Origin: Woeseiaceae bacterium
GTDB taxonomy: Bacteria > Pseudomonadota > Gammaproteobacteria > Steroidobacterales > Woeseiaceae
Reading direction: 5' to 3'
Assembly: GCA_036525955.1 (NCBI GenBank)
Contig: DATCZJ010000013.1
Span: forward strand, 2,072 to 66,071
DNA length: 64,000 bases
Every line of letters begins with the position of its first letter. The first letter of the stretch is position 1. A program made the position numbers and the translations under genes. A model generated the notes under the pieces. The model did no database searches. It was not told the DNA's origin and saw only the letters and a program-made list of their open reading frames with translations. Positions 29,385 through 38,455 of this stretch are shown one piece after another.

Positions 29385-30068
29385 CTAACCCCTTTCCCCG
29401 AACAGCGCCGTACCGATGCGAACAATGGTTGCGCCTTCGAAAATCGCGGCGCGGTAGTCTGCAGTCATGCCCATGGACAAGGTGTCCAGGTCAATACCCT
29501 GCCTGCGGAGAGTGTCTGCCAGATTGCCAAGCGTCGCAAACGGCACGCGCTGCGCTTCGAAGTCCGTGCGGATCGCGGGGAGGCACATGAGGCCGCGGAG
29601 TCGCAGCCGGGGCAGATCGGAGACCGCAGCGGCGAGCTCCGCGACCGCCGCGACGGGAACGCCGGACTTGCTCGATTCGTCGTCCACGTTGACCTGCAGG
29701 CAGACCTGAAGGGGCCCCAGTGCCTCGGGGCGTTGCTCGCTCAGGCGGCGCGCAATCTTCAGGGTGTCGATTGTGTGGACCCAGTCGAAGTTTTCTGCGA
29801 CGGCACGTGTTTTATTGCTCTGCAGGTGGCCGATGAAGTGCCAGGCGAGGTCTCTTCGAGCCAGCGCCCGGATCTTGTCGACGCCTTCCTGGACGAAGTT
29901 TTCGCCGAACGCCCGCTGGCCGGCCGCGGCAGCCTCGAGGATCTTCTCGAGCGGCTGCGTCTTGCTGACGGCAAGCAACTGGACGGAGTCCGGGTCGCGA
30001 CCTGCATCGACAGCGGCGTCGGTCAGCAAATCGCGGATTTTTCGCAAGTTTTCCGTGACTCCTATCAC
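29385..30068 (-). CDS. yggS: YggS family pyridoxal-phosphate homeostasis protein
   Basis: The GTG at 30068 gives 227 aa. LLAVSKTQP (PLP lysine), FGENFVQEG, HFIGHLQSNK and VRIGTALFG are present. The track ORF extension to 30656 is antisense to pilT. Confidence 0.9.
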   Translation of the reverse strand: MIGVTENLRKIRDLLTDAAVDAGRDPDSVQLLAVSKTQPLEKILEAAAAGQRAFGENFVQEGVDKIRALARRDLAWHFIGHLQSNKTRAVAENFDWVHTIDTLKIARRLSEQRPEALGPLQVCLQVNVDDESSKSGVPVAAVAELAAAVSDLPRLRLRGLMCLPAIRTDFEAQRVPFATLGNLADTLRRQGIDLDTLSMGMTADYRAAIFEGATIVRIGTALFGERG

Positions 30069-30152
30069 GCTTTGGTCCGGTTGCTTCGCTATACTAGGCT
30101 CAATTCGGTCCGGGTTATGGTAAGTCCCGGGTAGATCCAACGAGGGAGACTT

Positions 30153-31193
30153 ATGGCCGTCGACGTTGCCCAGCTGTTGTCGTTCACGGTAAAGAACAAC
30201 GCATCCGACCTGCACCTGTCCGGTGGCGTACCGCCCATGATTCGCGTCGATGGCGACATCAAACGCATCAACATGCCGGCGCTGACGCACAAGGACGTCA
30301 ATAGCATGGTGTACGACATCATGAATGACAAGCAGCGCAAGGACTACGAAGAATTCCTGGAAACCGACTTCTCGTTCGAGATCCCGAAGCTGGCACGTTT
30401 TCGCGTCAACGCCTTCAACCAGAACCGCGGTTCGGCGGCCGTTTTCCGGACGATTCCGTCGGAAATCCTGACGCTCGACGACCTCGGCGCGCCGCAGATC
30501 TTCAAGGACGTTTCGATGCATCCGAGGGGCATCGTGCTCGTGACGGGGCCGACCGGATCGGGCAAGTCGACGACGCTGGCGGCCATGGTCGACTACATCA
30601 ACGAGAACAAGCCCGACCATATCCTGACGATCGAGGACCCGATCGAATTCGTACACGAGTCAAAGAAATCGCTCATCAACCAGCGCGAAGTGCATCGCGA
30701 TACCCTGGGCTTCAACGAGGCGCTCCGGTCCGCGCTGCGCGAAGATCCGGACGTGATCCTGGTCGGCGAGTTGCGTGACCTCGAGACGATTCGGCTGGCA
30801 CTGACCGCCGCGGAAACCGGCCACCTGGTGTTCGGTACGCTGCATACGAGTTCGGCGGCAAAGACCATCGACCGTATCGTCGACGTGTTTCCCGCGGCAG
30901 AAAAGGAAATGGTCCGCGCGATGCTGTCGGAATCGCTGCGCGCGGTGATTTCGCAGACGCTGCTGAAGCGTATCGGCGGCGGCCGCATTGCGGCACACGA
31001 AATCATGATTGGCACGCCCGCGATCCGAAACCTGATCCGTGAGGGCAAGATCGCCCAGATGTACTCGGCGATCCAGACAGGCCAGGCCTCCGGCATGCAG
31101 ACGCTCGACCAGAATCTTACCGAGCTGATGGCGAAGGGCCTGATCAACAAGGAAGAGGCGCGCTTCCGGGCTGTAAACAAGGACAATTTCTAG
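30153..31193 (+). CDS. pilT: type IV pilus retraction ATPase PilT
   Basis: It has Walker A GPTGSGKSTT, the Asp box, Walker B, the His box and the PilT-specific AIRNLIREGK motif. A GAGGGAG Shine-Dalgarno precedes the start. The gene is divergent from yggS, as in Pseudomonas. Confidence 0.95.
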   Translation: MAVDVAQLLSFTVKNNASDLHLSGGVPPMIRVDGDIKRINMPALTHKDVNSMVYDIMNDKQRKDYEEFLETDFSFEIPKLARFRVNAFNQNRGSAAVFRTIPSEILTLDDLGAPQIFKDVSMHPRGIVLVTGPTGSGKSTTLAAMVDYINENKPDHILTIEDPIEFVHESKKSLINQREVHRDTLGFNEALRSALREDPDVILVGELRDLETIRLALTAAETGHLVFGTLHTSSAAKTIDRIVDVFPAAEKEMVRAMLSESLRAVISQTLLKRIGGGRIAAHEIMIGTPAIRNLIREGKIAQMYSAIQTGQASGMQTLDQNLTELMAKGLINKEEARFRAVNKDNF

Positions 31194-31230
31194 ACGGCGG
31201 GCGATAGGCGCCGGACAGGAGAGAGAGACT

Positions 31231-32388
31231 ATGGAACGCGAACAAGCGGTACGACTGACGCAGAACCTGTTGCGCAAGATGGTCGAGCGGGACGGCTCGG
31301 ACCTGTTCCTGACGGCCGGGTTCCCGCCTGCGATCAAGGTCGACGGCACCATACACAAGGCGACGGACACGCCGCTTTCGCCGGACCAGGCCGCGATGAT
31401 GGTGCGTTCCATCATGAACGACAAGCAGATCCGCGAATTCGACGCGACCAAGGAGTGCAATTTCGCCATTGCGCCCAAGGGCATCGGTCGTTTTCGCGTC
31501 AGCGCTTTTATCCAGCAGGGTTACATCGGCGCCGTGCTGCGCACCATCACGACGGAGATTCCGACACTCGAAGACCTCGAACTGCCGCCGATCCTGAAAG
31601 ACGTCGTCATGAACAAGCGCGGCCTGGTCATCGTCGTCGGTGGAACCGGCTCCGGTAAGTCCACGACGCTCGCCGCGATGATCGGTTTTCGCAACGAGAA
31701 TTCGCGTGGCCATATCGTTTCGATCGAGGACCCGGTCGAATACGTGCACCCGCATAAAGGCTGCGTCATCACGCAGCGCGAAGTCGGTGTCGATACGGAG
31801 TCATGGCATGCGGCGCTGAAGAACACCCTGCGCCAGGCGCCCGACGTGATCCTGATTGGCGAGATCCGCGACAAGGAGACGATGGAATATGGCATCCAGT
31901 TCTCCGAAACCGGTCACCTCTGCCTGGCGACACTGCATGCGAACAGCGCGAACCAGGCGCTCGACCGCATCATCAACTTCTTCCCCGAGGAACGGCGCCA
32001 GCAGCTGCTGATGGACCTGTCGCTCAACACCAAGGCATTCATCTCGCAGCGCCTGATACCGCGCGAAGGCGGTATCGGTCGTATCGCGGCGATGGAGATC
32101 ATGCTGAACACGCCGTTGATCCAGGACCTGATCTTCAAGGGTGAAGTCGGGCAGATCAAGGAAATCATGGCGAAGTCGACGCGACTCGGCATGCAGACCT
32201 TCGACCAGGCACTGTTCTACCTGTACGAGGAAGGGGCGATATCCTACGAAGAGGCCATGCGCAACGCCGATTCCAAGAACGAGCTGCGCCTGCGCATCAA
32301 GCTCGAGTCGAAGCGGGATTCGTCGATCGCCGAACAGCAGTCCGACAGCCTGCGCATCATGGAAGAAGACAGCGCCCGGCATTTCTGA
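31231..32388 (+). CDS. pilU: PilT/PilU-family type IVa pilus ATPase PilU
   Basis: 385 aa with Walker A GGTGSGKSTT and a C-terminal extension typical of PilU. It lies immediately downstream of pilT. Confidence 0.9.
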   Translation: MEREQAVRLTQNLLRKMVERDGSDLFLTAGFPPAIKVDGTIHKATDTPLSPDQAAMMVRSIMNDKQIREFDATKECNFAIAPKGIGRFRVSAFIQQGYIGAVLRTITTEIPTLEDLELPPILKDVVMNKRGLVIVVGGTGSGKSTTLAAMIGFRNENSRGHIVSIEDPVEYVHPHKGCVITQREVGVDTESWHAALKNTLRQAPDVILIGEIRDKETMEYGIQFSETGHLCLATLHANSANQALDRIINFFPEERRQQLLMDLSLNTKAFISQRLIPREGGIGRIAAMEIMLNTPLIQDLIFKGEVGQIKEIMAKSTRLGMQTFDQALFYLYEEGAISYEEAMRNADSKNELRLRIKLESKRDSSIAEQQSDSLRIMEEDSARHF

Positions 32389-32411
32389 GGGCAAAAAGGA
32401 TCGCCTGACCT

Positions 32412-33470
32412 ATGAACGTCAAACCGCTTTTCAAACTGATGGTCGAGAAAAAGGCCTCCGACCTGTTCTTCGCGCCGTTTTCGCCCGCGAAGATCAAGAT
32501 CGAAGGCAAGATCATGCCCGTCAACAAGCTCGAAATGACGCCGAAGATGGTTCGGCAGGCGGCGTTCGAGCTGATGACCGAAGAGCAGATGGAATACTTC
32601 AATCGCGAACTCGAAATCGACTTCGCGCTGTCGGAGCAGGGCCTCGGGCGATTCCGCGTCAACGTCTTCCATCAACGCGGCAACGTCGCGATGGTGCTGC
32701 GCTATATCACGGCGGATTTGCCGACGCTCGAAGAGCTCGGAATGCCGGAGCAGCTCAAGGAGCTCGTCATGCTGCGGCGCGGCCTGATCCTGATGGTCGG
32801 AGCGACCGGTGCCGGCAAGTCGACGACGCTGGCGGCGATGGTCAATTACCGCAACGAGAAGACCTCGTCGCACATCATCACGATCGAGGATCCGATCGAG
32901 TTCCTGCACCCCAACAAGCAATCGATTGTCAATCAGCGTGAAGTGGGGCTGGATACACGATCCTATGCAAGGGCGCTGAAGAGTGCCGTGCGCGCTGCGC
33001 CCGATGTTGTGCAGATTGGCGAGATCCGTGACACCGAGTCGATGCGGGCAGCGCTCGATATGGCCGGCACCGGCCACCTCGTGCTGGCCACCGTTCACTC
33101 CAACAACGCGGCGGAGACGCTCGATCGCATCATCAACCTGTTTCCCCAGGAGCAGCATGCGCAGGTCTTCATGGATCTCGCGCATTATCTCCGCGCGATC
33201 CTGTCGCAGCGCCTCGTGCGCGCCAGGAACGGCAAGCGCGTCGCCGCCGTCGAACTGTTGCTGAATACGCCGCACATCAAGGACCTGGTCCTGAAGGGTG
33301 ATATCTCGGCCGTGAAGGATGCCCACAAGGATTCTGCCGAGGCCGGCATGCAGAACTTCGACGAAGCGCTGCTGCAGCTCTACAAGGACGGCATCATCAC
33401 GCTCGAGGAAGCGATGTCGCACGCCGACTCGCGCTCGAACCTCGAAGCCAAGGTCAACTTCGGCGGCTGA
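32412..33470 (+). CDS. third tandem PilT/PilU-family ATPase paralog
   Basis: 352 aa with Walker A GATGAGKSTT. It is colinear with pilU (GLGRFRVNVF, ITIEDPIEF, HLVLATVH, TPHIKDLVLKG). An AAGGA Shine-Dalgarno precedes the start. Confidence 0.85.
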   Translation: MNVKPLFKLMVEKKASDLFFAPFSPAKIKIEGKIMPVNKLEMTPKMVRQAAFELMTEEQMEYFNRELEIDFALSEQGLGRFRVNVFHQRGNVAMVLRYITADLPTLEELGMPEQLKELVMLRRGLILMVGATGAGKSTTLAAMVNYRNEKTSSHIITIEDPIEFLHPNKQSIVNQREVGLDTRSYARALKSAVRAAPDVVQIGEIRDTESMRAALDMAGTGHLVLATVHSNNAAETLDRIINLFPQEQHAQVFMDLAHYLRAILSQRLVRARNGKRVAAVELLLNTPHIKDLVLKGDISAVKDAHKDSAEAGMQNFDEALLQLYKDGIITLEEAMSHADSRSNLEAKVNFGG

Positions 33471-33515
33471 TGAAGCCCGCATCGCGCCGGCGATGCACGC
33501 TGACTGCTGCCGGCT

Positions 33516-34691
33516 TCAGCGATCGAACCAGTGCCGGGTTCGAAGGCAAAAACGCACGAGCATCAGCATCAGCGGCACTTCGATCAGCACCCCGACAACC
33601 GTGGCGAGCGCGGCGCCCGACGACAGTCCGTACAGCATGGCGGCCGTGGCGATTGCAACCTCGAAATGATTGGACGCGCCGATCATGGCCGTCGGCGCGG
33701 CATTTTCGTAGCTGAGACCGAGCAGTTTTGCGAGTGCATAGCCGATGGCGAAGATCAGGACCGTCTGCACGAACAGCGGAACCGCGATCCACAGGATGGT
33801 CAGGGGGTTTTGCGCGATGGTCTCGCCCTTGAACGAAAACAGCAGCACCAGCGTGAGCAGCAGCGCCGATATCGTGAGCGGCGTCAGGTAACGCAGGAAC
33901 GTCTCGCGAAACCAGGTTTCGCCGCGCGCGGCAATGATCCAGCGCCTTGAGACGTAACCTGCAAGGAGCGGCAACGCGACGTAGATGGTGATCGAAAGCA
34001 GCAGGGCCTGCCAGGGTACGGGCAGTTTGCCGACGCCGAGCAGGAAGCCGCCGAGCAACCCGTACAGGAGCAGCATCGTCAGCGAGTTCATCGCGACCAT
34101 GACGAGCGTATGGCCGTCATTGCCCCTGGACAGGTATCCCCAGACGAGCACCATCGCCGTGCAGGGCGCGACGCCCAGCAGGATGCATCCGGCGAGGTAG
34201 CTCCGCCACAGCGGTACCTCCAGCATGCGCACGCCATCGACGAGGACGACGGTGCCCGAGCCGTAGCGGTCACCCAGGGCGAGGTCGGCGCCCAACGGCA
34301 GCCGCACCAGGTCGGTCGCATCGGGCCCGATGAAGTTCAGGAACAGGCCGCCAAGGAAGAAGTACGCGATGGCATACATCGTGAACGGCTTGATGCACCA
34401 GTTGATGAACAGTGTCAGCCCGACCGGACGCACGGTTTTGCCGGCACGCAGCACCTCATGGAAGTCGATCTTCACCATGATCGGGTACATCATGAGGAAC
34501 AGGCAGACCGCGATCGGTATCGAGACCACGGGTGCCCCGTTGATATGCAGCGCCATGCCGTCGAGCGTGCGTGCGAGCCCCGGTGCGAACTTCCCCAGCG
34601 CGATGCCGACGATGATGCAGAGCGCGACCCACAGAGTCAGGTAGCGTTCGAAGCCGTTCATGCTGCTCGTATCGCGCGAATCGTCGCTCAT
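33516..34691 (-). CDS. acr3: ACR3-family arsenite efflux transporter
   Basis: A 10-TM protein beginning [16 protein letters not shown]. It is ACR3-like, and its start overlaps the arsC stop (ATGA). Confidence 0.9.
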   Translation of the reverse strand: MSDDSRDTSSMNGFERYLTLWVALCIIVGIALGKFAPGLARTLDGMALHINGAPVVSIPIAVCLFLMMYPIMVKIDFHEVLRAGKTVRPVGLTLFINWCIKPFTMYAIAYFFLGGLFLNFIGPDATDLVRLPLGADLALGDRYGSGTVVLVDGVRMLEVPLWRSYLAGCILLGVAPCTAMVLVWGYLSRGNDGHTLVMVAMNSLTMLLLYGLLGGFLLGVGKLPVPWQALLLSITIYVALPLLAGYVSRRWIIAARGETWFRETFLRYLTPLTISALLLTLVLLFSFKGETIAQNPLTILWIAVPLFVQTVLIFAIGYALAKLLGLSYENAAPTAMIGASNHFEVAIATAAMLYGLSSGAALATVVGVLIEVPLMLMLVRFCLRTRHWFDR

Positions 34692-35116
34692 GCAGGGGGT
34701 TCCGGTTGCGCCAGCCGACCAAGCAGGTCATCGACGCGACGCCCGATGTCGTCGCGGCTCGCACGGAAAACCGCCATGACGGCGTCTTCGCTGCCGCTGG
34801 CCCTGGCAGGGTCGGGCAGCGGCCAGTGTTCTTTTTGCAGCCCGGCGGGCAGGACCGGGCAGTGTTCGTCGGCATGCCCGCAAACCGTGACGAGAACATC
34901 CGCCGTACCGAGCATCGCCTCCGTCAGCCGGGTCGATTCCTGTCCTGAAATGTCGATCCCTGCTTCGGCCATGACCCGGATGGCGCGCGGATTCTTGCCG
35001 TGTGCCTCTATGCCGGCGGACAGGACCTCGATGCCGGGCGGCGCCAGGTGACGCGCCCAGCCTTCGGCCATTTGTGAACGGCAGGCGTTGCCCGTGCAGA
35101 GGAACAGGATTTTCAT
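34688..35116 (-). CDS. arsC: arsenate reductase (LMW-PTPase, thioredoxin-coupled type)
   Basis: [20 protein letters not shown] contains the CX5R(S/T) P-loop. Downstream Cys residues are also present. Confidence 0.9.
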   Translation of the reverse strand: MKILFLCTGNACRSQMAEGWARHLAPPGIEVLSAGIEAHGKNPRAIRVMAEAGIDISGQESTRLTEAMLGTADVLVTVCGHADEHCPVLPAGLQKEHWPLPDPARASGSEDAVMAVFRASRDDIGRRVDDLLGRLAQPEPPA

Positions 35117-35143
35117 GGTCGGCGTCCGGTCGTTGCTTCTCGG

Positions 35144-35455
35144 TCAGGCGCAGCGCAACGCGTCGGGCCTTTCGGGCATGTGCTTCAGGGCGTCGATGTC
35201 CTGCAGGCAGCGCGTATCGCTTGCCGCGCGCGCGACGGTCGTGCGCAGGATCTCGTGTGCCCAGTCGGGCAGGTCCGGGTCGATGCGGTAGTAGACCCAC
35301 TGCCCGACGCGCCTGTCGCTGACAATGTGCTGGTCGCGGAGGATCGCGAGGTGGCGCGAGATCTTGGGCTGGATTTCGCCGAGCGCATACACGAGTTCGC
35401 AAACGCAGAGTTCGCCCTCGCGATACAGCAGGGCGATGCGCTGTGCTTGTGTCAT
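35144..35455 (-). CDS. arsR: ArsR/SmtB-family metalloregulator
   Basis: 103 aa. ELCVCELVYALGEIQPKISRHLAILR contains the CVC metal site plus a wHTH. Confidence 0.9.
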   Translation of the reverse strand: MTQAQRIALLYREGELCVCELVYALGEIQPKISRHLAILRDQHIVSDRRVGQWVYYRIDPDLPDWAHEILRTTVARAASDTRCLQDIDALKHMPERPDALRCA

Positions 35456-35473
35456 TAGTATTGCTCCCTGTTG

Positions 35474-35494
35474 GGCAAACCGGGAAGGTTTGCC
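35474..35494. promoter_or_regulatory. perfect 8-bp inverted repeat upstream of arsR (candidate ArsR operator or hairpin after the PyrK-like gene)
   Basis: GGCAAACC-GGGAA-GGTTTGCC lies 19-39 nt upstream of the arsR ATG and 22 nt after the stop at 35516. There is no U-run. Confidence 0.3.
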
Positions 35495-35515
35495 GGAATC
35501 CCTGCCGGCTGCGTC

Positions 35516-36406
35516 CTACCAGGCGAGCGTCGTCGCATCGAAAACGGGGCCGTCGACGCAGACGCGCTTCATGGCGGGCCCCTCCGGTGTTTCGACCCGA
35601 ACGACGCAACCCGCGCAACCGCCGACCGCGCAGGCCATGTACTCCTCGAGGGACACCTGGCATGGCAGGCCGTGGCGTGCGGCGAGGGCCGCAACGGCCT
35701 TCAACATGAGCGTTGGACCGCAGGCAAACACTTCGGTTCGCGCAATTTCCGCGGCGGGTAGCGATGCGAGCCAGCGTTCCGCGAGCTCGGTGACATAGCC
35801 GTCGAAACAGCCCTCGAAGCCGGCGAGCGTCGCGAGCCGGCTCGGGACGCCCCAGTCTTCGAGGAGTGGCATCGCGCTGACGACCGACGCATCGAGCCAG
35901 GGCGTTTCGAACTTCGAGCGCCGCAATGCGAACGGAAACGGCAACTCCGAGCCGAGACAGGCCATTGGTCGCCAGTGGGCGCCGTCTTTCCTCAGCCGGT
36001 CCGCGATGAAAACCATCGGCGGGATGCCGACGCCGCCGCCGATCAGCAGTGCATTCGGCCGTGATGGTGACAGTGTGAATCCCCGGCCGATCGGGCCGAG
36101 TACGCTGATCGTATCGCCCGGCTTCTTGCGCGACAGGAGCCTGAGGCCCTGGCCCACGATCTTGAACAGCACTTCGACCCAGTCGTCTTCGGCGCGCATG
36201 ATCGATAACGGGCGTCGCATCGGCAGCGACTCGTCGCAGGTCAGGTGCACGAAGCTGCCCGGCTGCGCCTTGTCGGCGCACCGCGGCGCGCGAATGCGCA
36301 TGATGAACTGGTCGCCCGGAAATGCCTGGACCGACAGGAGTTCGCCGTCTTCGACGAACAGGGTGCCGCGATTCTTTTGCGCTTCTTTTTGTGCGGCCGT
36401 GATCAC
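35516..36406 (-). CDS. PyrK-like FAD/NAD(P)-binding [2Fe-2S] oxidoreductase (dihydroorotate dehydrogenase electron-transfer-subunit family)
   Basis: The GTG start overlaps the pyrB stop (GTGA). The product has an FAD motif RPLSI, an NAD motif GGGVGIPPM and the C-terminal cluster motif CAVGGCAGCVV...VCVDGPVF. Confidence 0.8.
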   Translation of the reverse strand: MITAAQKEAQKNRGTLFVEDGELLSVQAFPGDQFIMRIRAPRCADKAQPGSFVHLTCDESLPMRRPLSIMRAEDDWVEVLFKIVGQGLRLLSRKKPGDTISVLGPIGRGFTLSPSRPNALLIGGGVGIPPMVFIADRLRKDGAHWRPMACLGSELPFPFALRRSKFETPWLDASVVSAMPLLEDWGVPSRLATLAGFEGCFDGYVTELAERWLASLPAAEIARTEVFACGPTLMLKAVAALAARHGLPCQVSLEEYMACAVGGCAGCVVRVETPEGPAMKRVCVDGPVFDATTLAW

Positions 36407-37401
36407 CTTGCGGCCATCGACCTGCCGACGCGGTCCAGGACTGCCATGCGGACTGCCACGCCATTCGTGACTTGTTGCGTAATCACGGAGCGCGGTCCGT
36501 CGGCGAGCACGCCTTCGATCTCGATTCCGCGATTCATGGGGCCGGGATGCATCACGATGGCATCGGGCTTGGCGAACCGCATGCTTTCGTTGCTGATGCC
36601 GAAGTTCGCGAAGTACTCGTCGATGCCTGGAATGCCGTCCAGGTTGCCGATGCGTTCGCGCTGGATCCTGAGGGCCATGACCACGTCGGCGTCCGCGAGA
36701 CCCTCTTTGAGCGTGTGAAAGATCCGCGCGCCGGGCATGGCGCCGGGCTCAGGCGACAGCACGGGCGGCGAGATGAGTCGCAACTCGCCGACGCCGAGCG
36801 TCGCGAGCGCCTGCGAGGCGGACATCGCGACGCGCGAATGCCGGATGTCGCCCACGATGGCGACGACGAGATCCTGGAAGTTGCCCTTGGCCTGCCGGAT
36901 GGTCAGCATGTCGAGCAGGCCCTGCGTCGGGTGCGATACGTCCGCCTCGCCGGCGTTGAGAATGCAGACGTGATCTTTGACGTGCCGCGTGATGTAGGCG
37001 GGCACGCCGGCGCTCGCATCCCGCACGACCATGATGTCGACACGCATGGCTTCGAGCGTGTAGATCATGTCCAGGATGCTCTCGCCTTTTTTCCGGGACG
37101 ACGTGTTGACGTCCAGGTTGAGCACATCGGCGCCGAGGCGCTTGCCTGCGAGGTCGAACGATGCCCGGGTACGGGTGGAGGGTTCGAAAAACAGGTTCGC
37201 GACGGTTCGCCCCGCCAGCGTCCGGCTTCGTGCGGGCATGCTGCCGGGTGGCGTCAGGTACGATTCGGCGTCATTGAGAATGTCGAGGAGCAACGCCTTG
37301 TCGAGTCCCTTCAGCGTCAGCAGATGACGAAGGTTGCCGTTGGCGTCGAGTTGCAGCGCGGCCTCATCGACCAGCGTGGGTTTGGGATCTGCGGCGTTCA
37401 T
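36403..37401 (-). CDS. pyrB: aspartate carbamoyltransferase catalytic subunit
   Basis: ATCase motifs FFEPSTRTR, HPTQ and LHPGP-like MHPGPMNRG are present. The product is 332 aa. Confidence 0.95.
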   Translation of the reverse strand: MNAADPKPTLVDEAALQLDANGNLRHLLTLKGLDKALLLDILNDAESYLTPPGSMPARSRTLAGRTVANLFFEPSTRTRASFDLAGKRLGADVLNLDVNTSSRKKGESILDMIYTLEAMRVDIMVVRDASAGVPAYITRHVKDHVCILNAGEADVSHPTQGLLDMLTIRQAKGNFQDLVVAIVGDIRHSRVAMSASQALATLGVGELRLISPPVLSPEPGAMPGARIFHTLKEGLADADVVMALRIQRERIGNLDGIPGIDEYFANFGISNESMRFAKPDAIVMHPGPMNRGIEIEGVLADGPRSVITQQVTNGVAVRMAVLDRVGRSMAAR

Positions 37402-37413
37402 CGGGGCGCAATT

Positions 37414-37839
37414 CTACAACCCGGCGAGATATCTTTCAGCGATAAATACGGCGGCCGCACTGTCTATCATGTCTCTGGAAATCCGGCCTCGCGTCCCCTG
37501 TTCCCGCGCCTTCTTCAGCACGCGCTCGGCCTCGATCGAGGTATAGCGCTCGTCGACGGTGTGCACTGGCAGCCCGTATCGCGTGAGATCTTCGATAAAC
37601 GCCCGGACCGGTTCCTCGATCTCGCTCTGTGAGCCGTCCGCATGGGAGGGCATGCCGACGACGAGGACGGCGGGGCGCCACTCGTGAACCAGGGCCGCAA
37701 TACGCGCGAAATCCGCACCCGTCTCCCGGTTGGCGACGATGCCGATCGGGCTTGCGGACGAAGTGACCTCCTGCCCGACCGCGACGCCGATGCGCCGCAG
37801 GCCGAAATCGAACGCGAGGATGGTCTTCGGTGAGTCCAA
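37414..37839 (-). CDS. ruvX: Holliday junction resolvase-like protein RuvX (YqgF)
   Basis: It has ILAFDFGLRRIGVAVG and C-terminal DERYTS motifs. I chose the TTG at 37839, 2 nt after the yqgE stop. The ATG at 37920 would overlap yqgE by 80 nt. Confidence 0.8.
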   Translation of the reverse strand: MDSPKTILAFDFGLRRIGVAVGQEVTSSASPIGIVANRETGADFARIAALVHEWRPAVLVVGMPSHADGSQSEIEEPVRAFIEDLTRYGLPVHTVDERYTSIEAERVLKKAREQGTRGRISRDMIDSAAAVFIAERYLAGL

Positions 37840-37840
37840 C

Positions 37841-38404
37841 TCAGGCGTGGCCGGCGTCCGTGGACATGCGGGCGATGTCGATGCCGAGTACGCGTGCCGC
37901 CTTGTCCCAACGCTCCGCAAACGGCGTGTCGAACACGATTTCGGGCGTCGCGGGCACGCTGAGCCAGGCGTTGGCGAGCATCTCGTGTTCGAGTTGCCCG
38001 GCCTGCCAGCCGGCGTAACCGAGCGCCACGAGCGAGCGGTCAGGACCCTCGCCGCGGGCGAGCGCGTCGATGACGTCGCGCGACAATGTCAGTGAGATGT
38101 CGTCGGACACGATGACGGTGTTTTCGAAGCGCTGGCTCGGGCCGTGCAGCACGAACCCGCGCTCGATGCCGACCGGGCCGCCGGAGAGCACCGGTTGCCT
38201 CGCGATGCCGGGATCCGCGTCGTGTACGTCAAGCTGCTCGAACAGGCCGCCGAGCGCCAGGTTCAGCGGACGATTGATCACGATACCGAGTGCCCCGTCA
38301 TCGTTATGTTCACAGATCAAGGTGACGGTCGTGGCGAAATTGGGGTCCGCCATGCCGGGCATGGCGATAAGTAGTTGATTTACCAACGAGCTTTGCGACT
38401 CCAT
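37841..38404 (-). CDS. yqgE: YqgE/AlgH family protein (UPF0301)
   Basis: LLIAMPGMADPNFATTVTLICEHNDDGALGIVINRP is the family signature. Confidence 0.9.
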   Translation of the reverse strand: MESQSSLVNQLLIAMPGMADPNFATTVTLICEHNDDGALGIVINRPLNLALGGLFEQLDVHDADPGIARQPVLSGGPVGIERGFVLHGPSQRFENTVIVSDDISLTLSRDVIDALARGEGPDRSLVALGYAGWQAGQLEHEMLANAWLSVPATPEIVFDTPFAERWDKAARVLGIDIARMSTDAGHA

Positions 38405-38455
38405 GCAAGCAGTATCCGCGTATCGGACGCCGCGTACAAGCGAGTGGCGCTTCCT

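Noticed and set aside
30069-30656. N-terminal extension of the yggS ORF (the track gives 423 aa).
   Set aside because: YggS-like sequence starts near 30068. The extension is antisense to pilT.
34728-36464. A 578-aa minus-strand ORF spanning arsC, arsR and the PyrK-like gene.
   Set aside because: It is out of frame with three genes that have clear family signatures. The product is extremely Arg/Pro-rich, which marks it as a GC-bias artefact.
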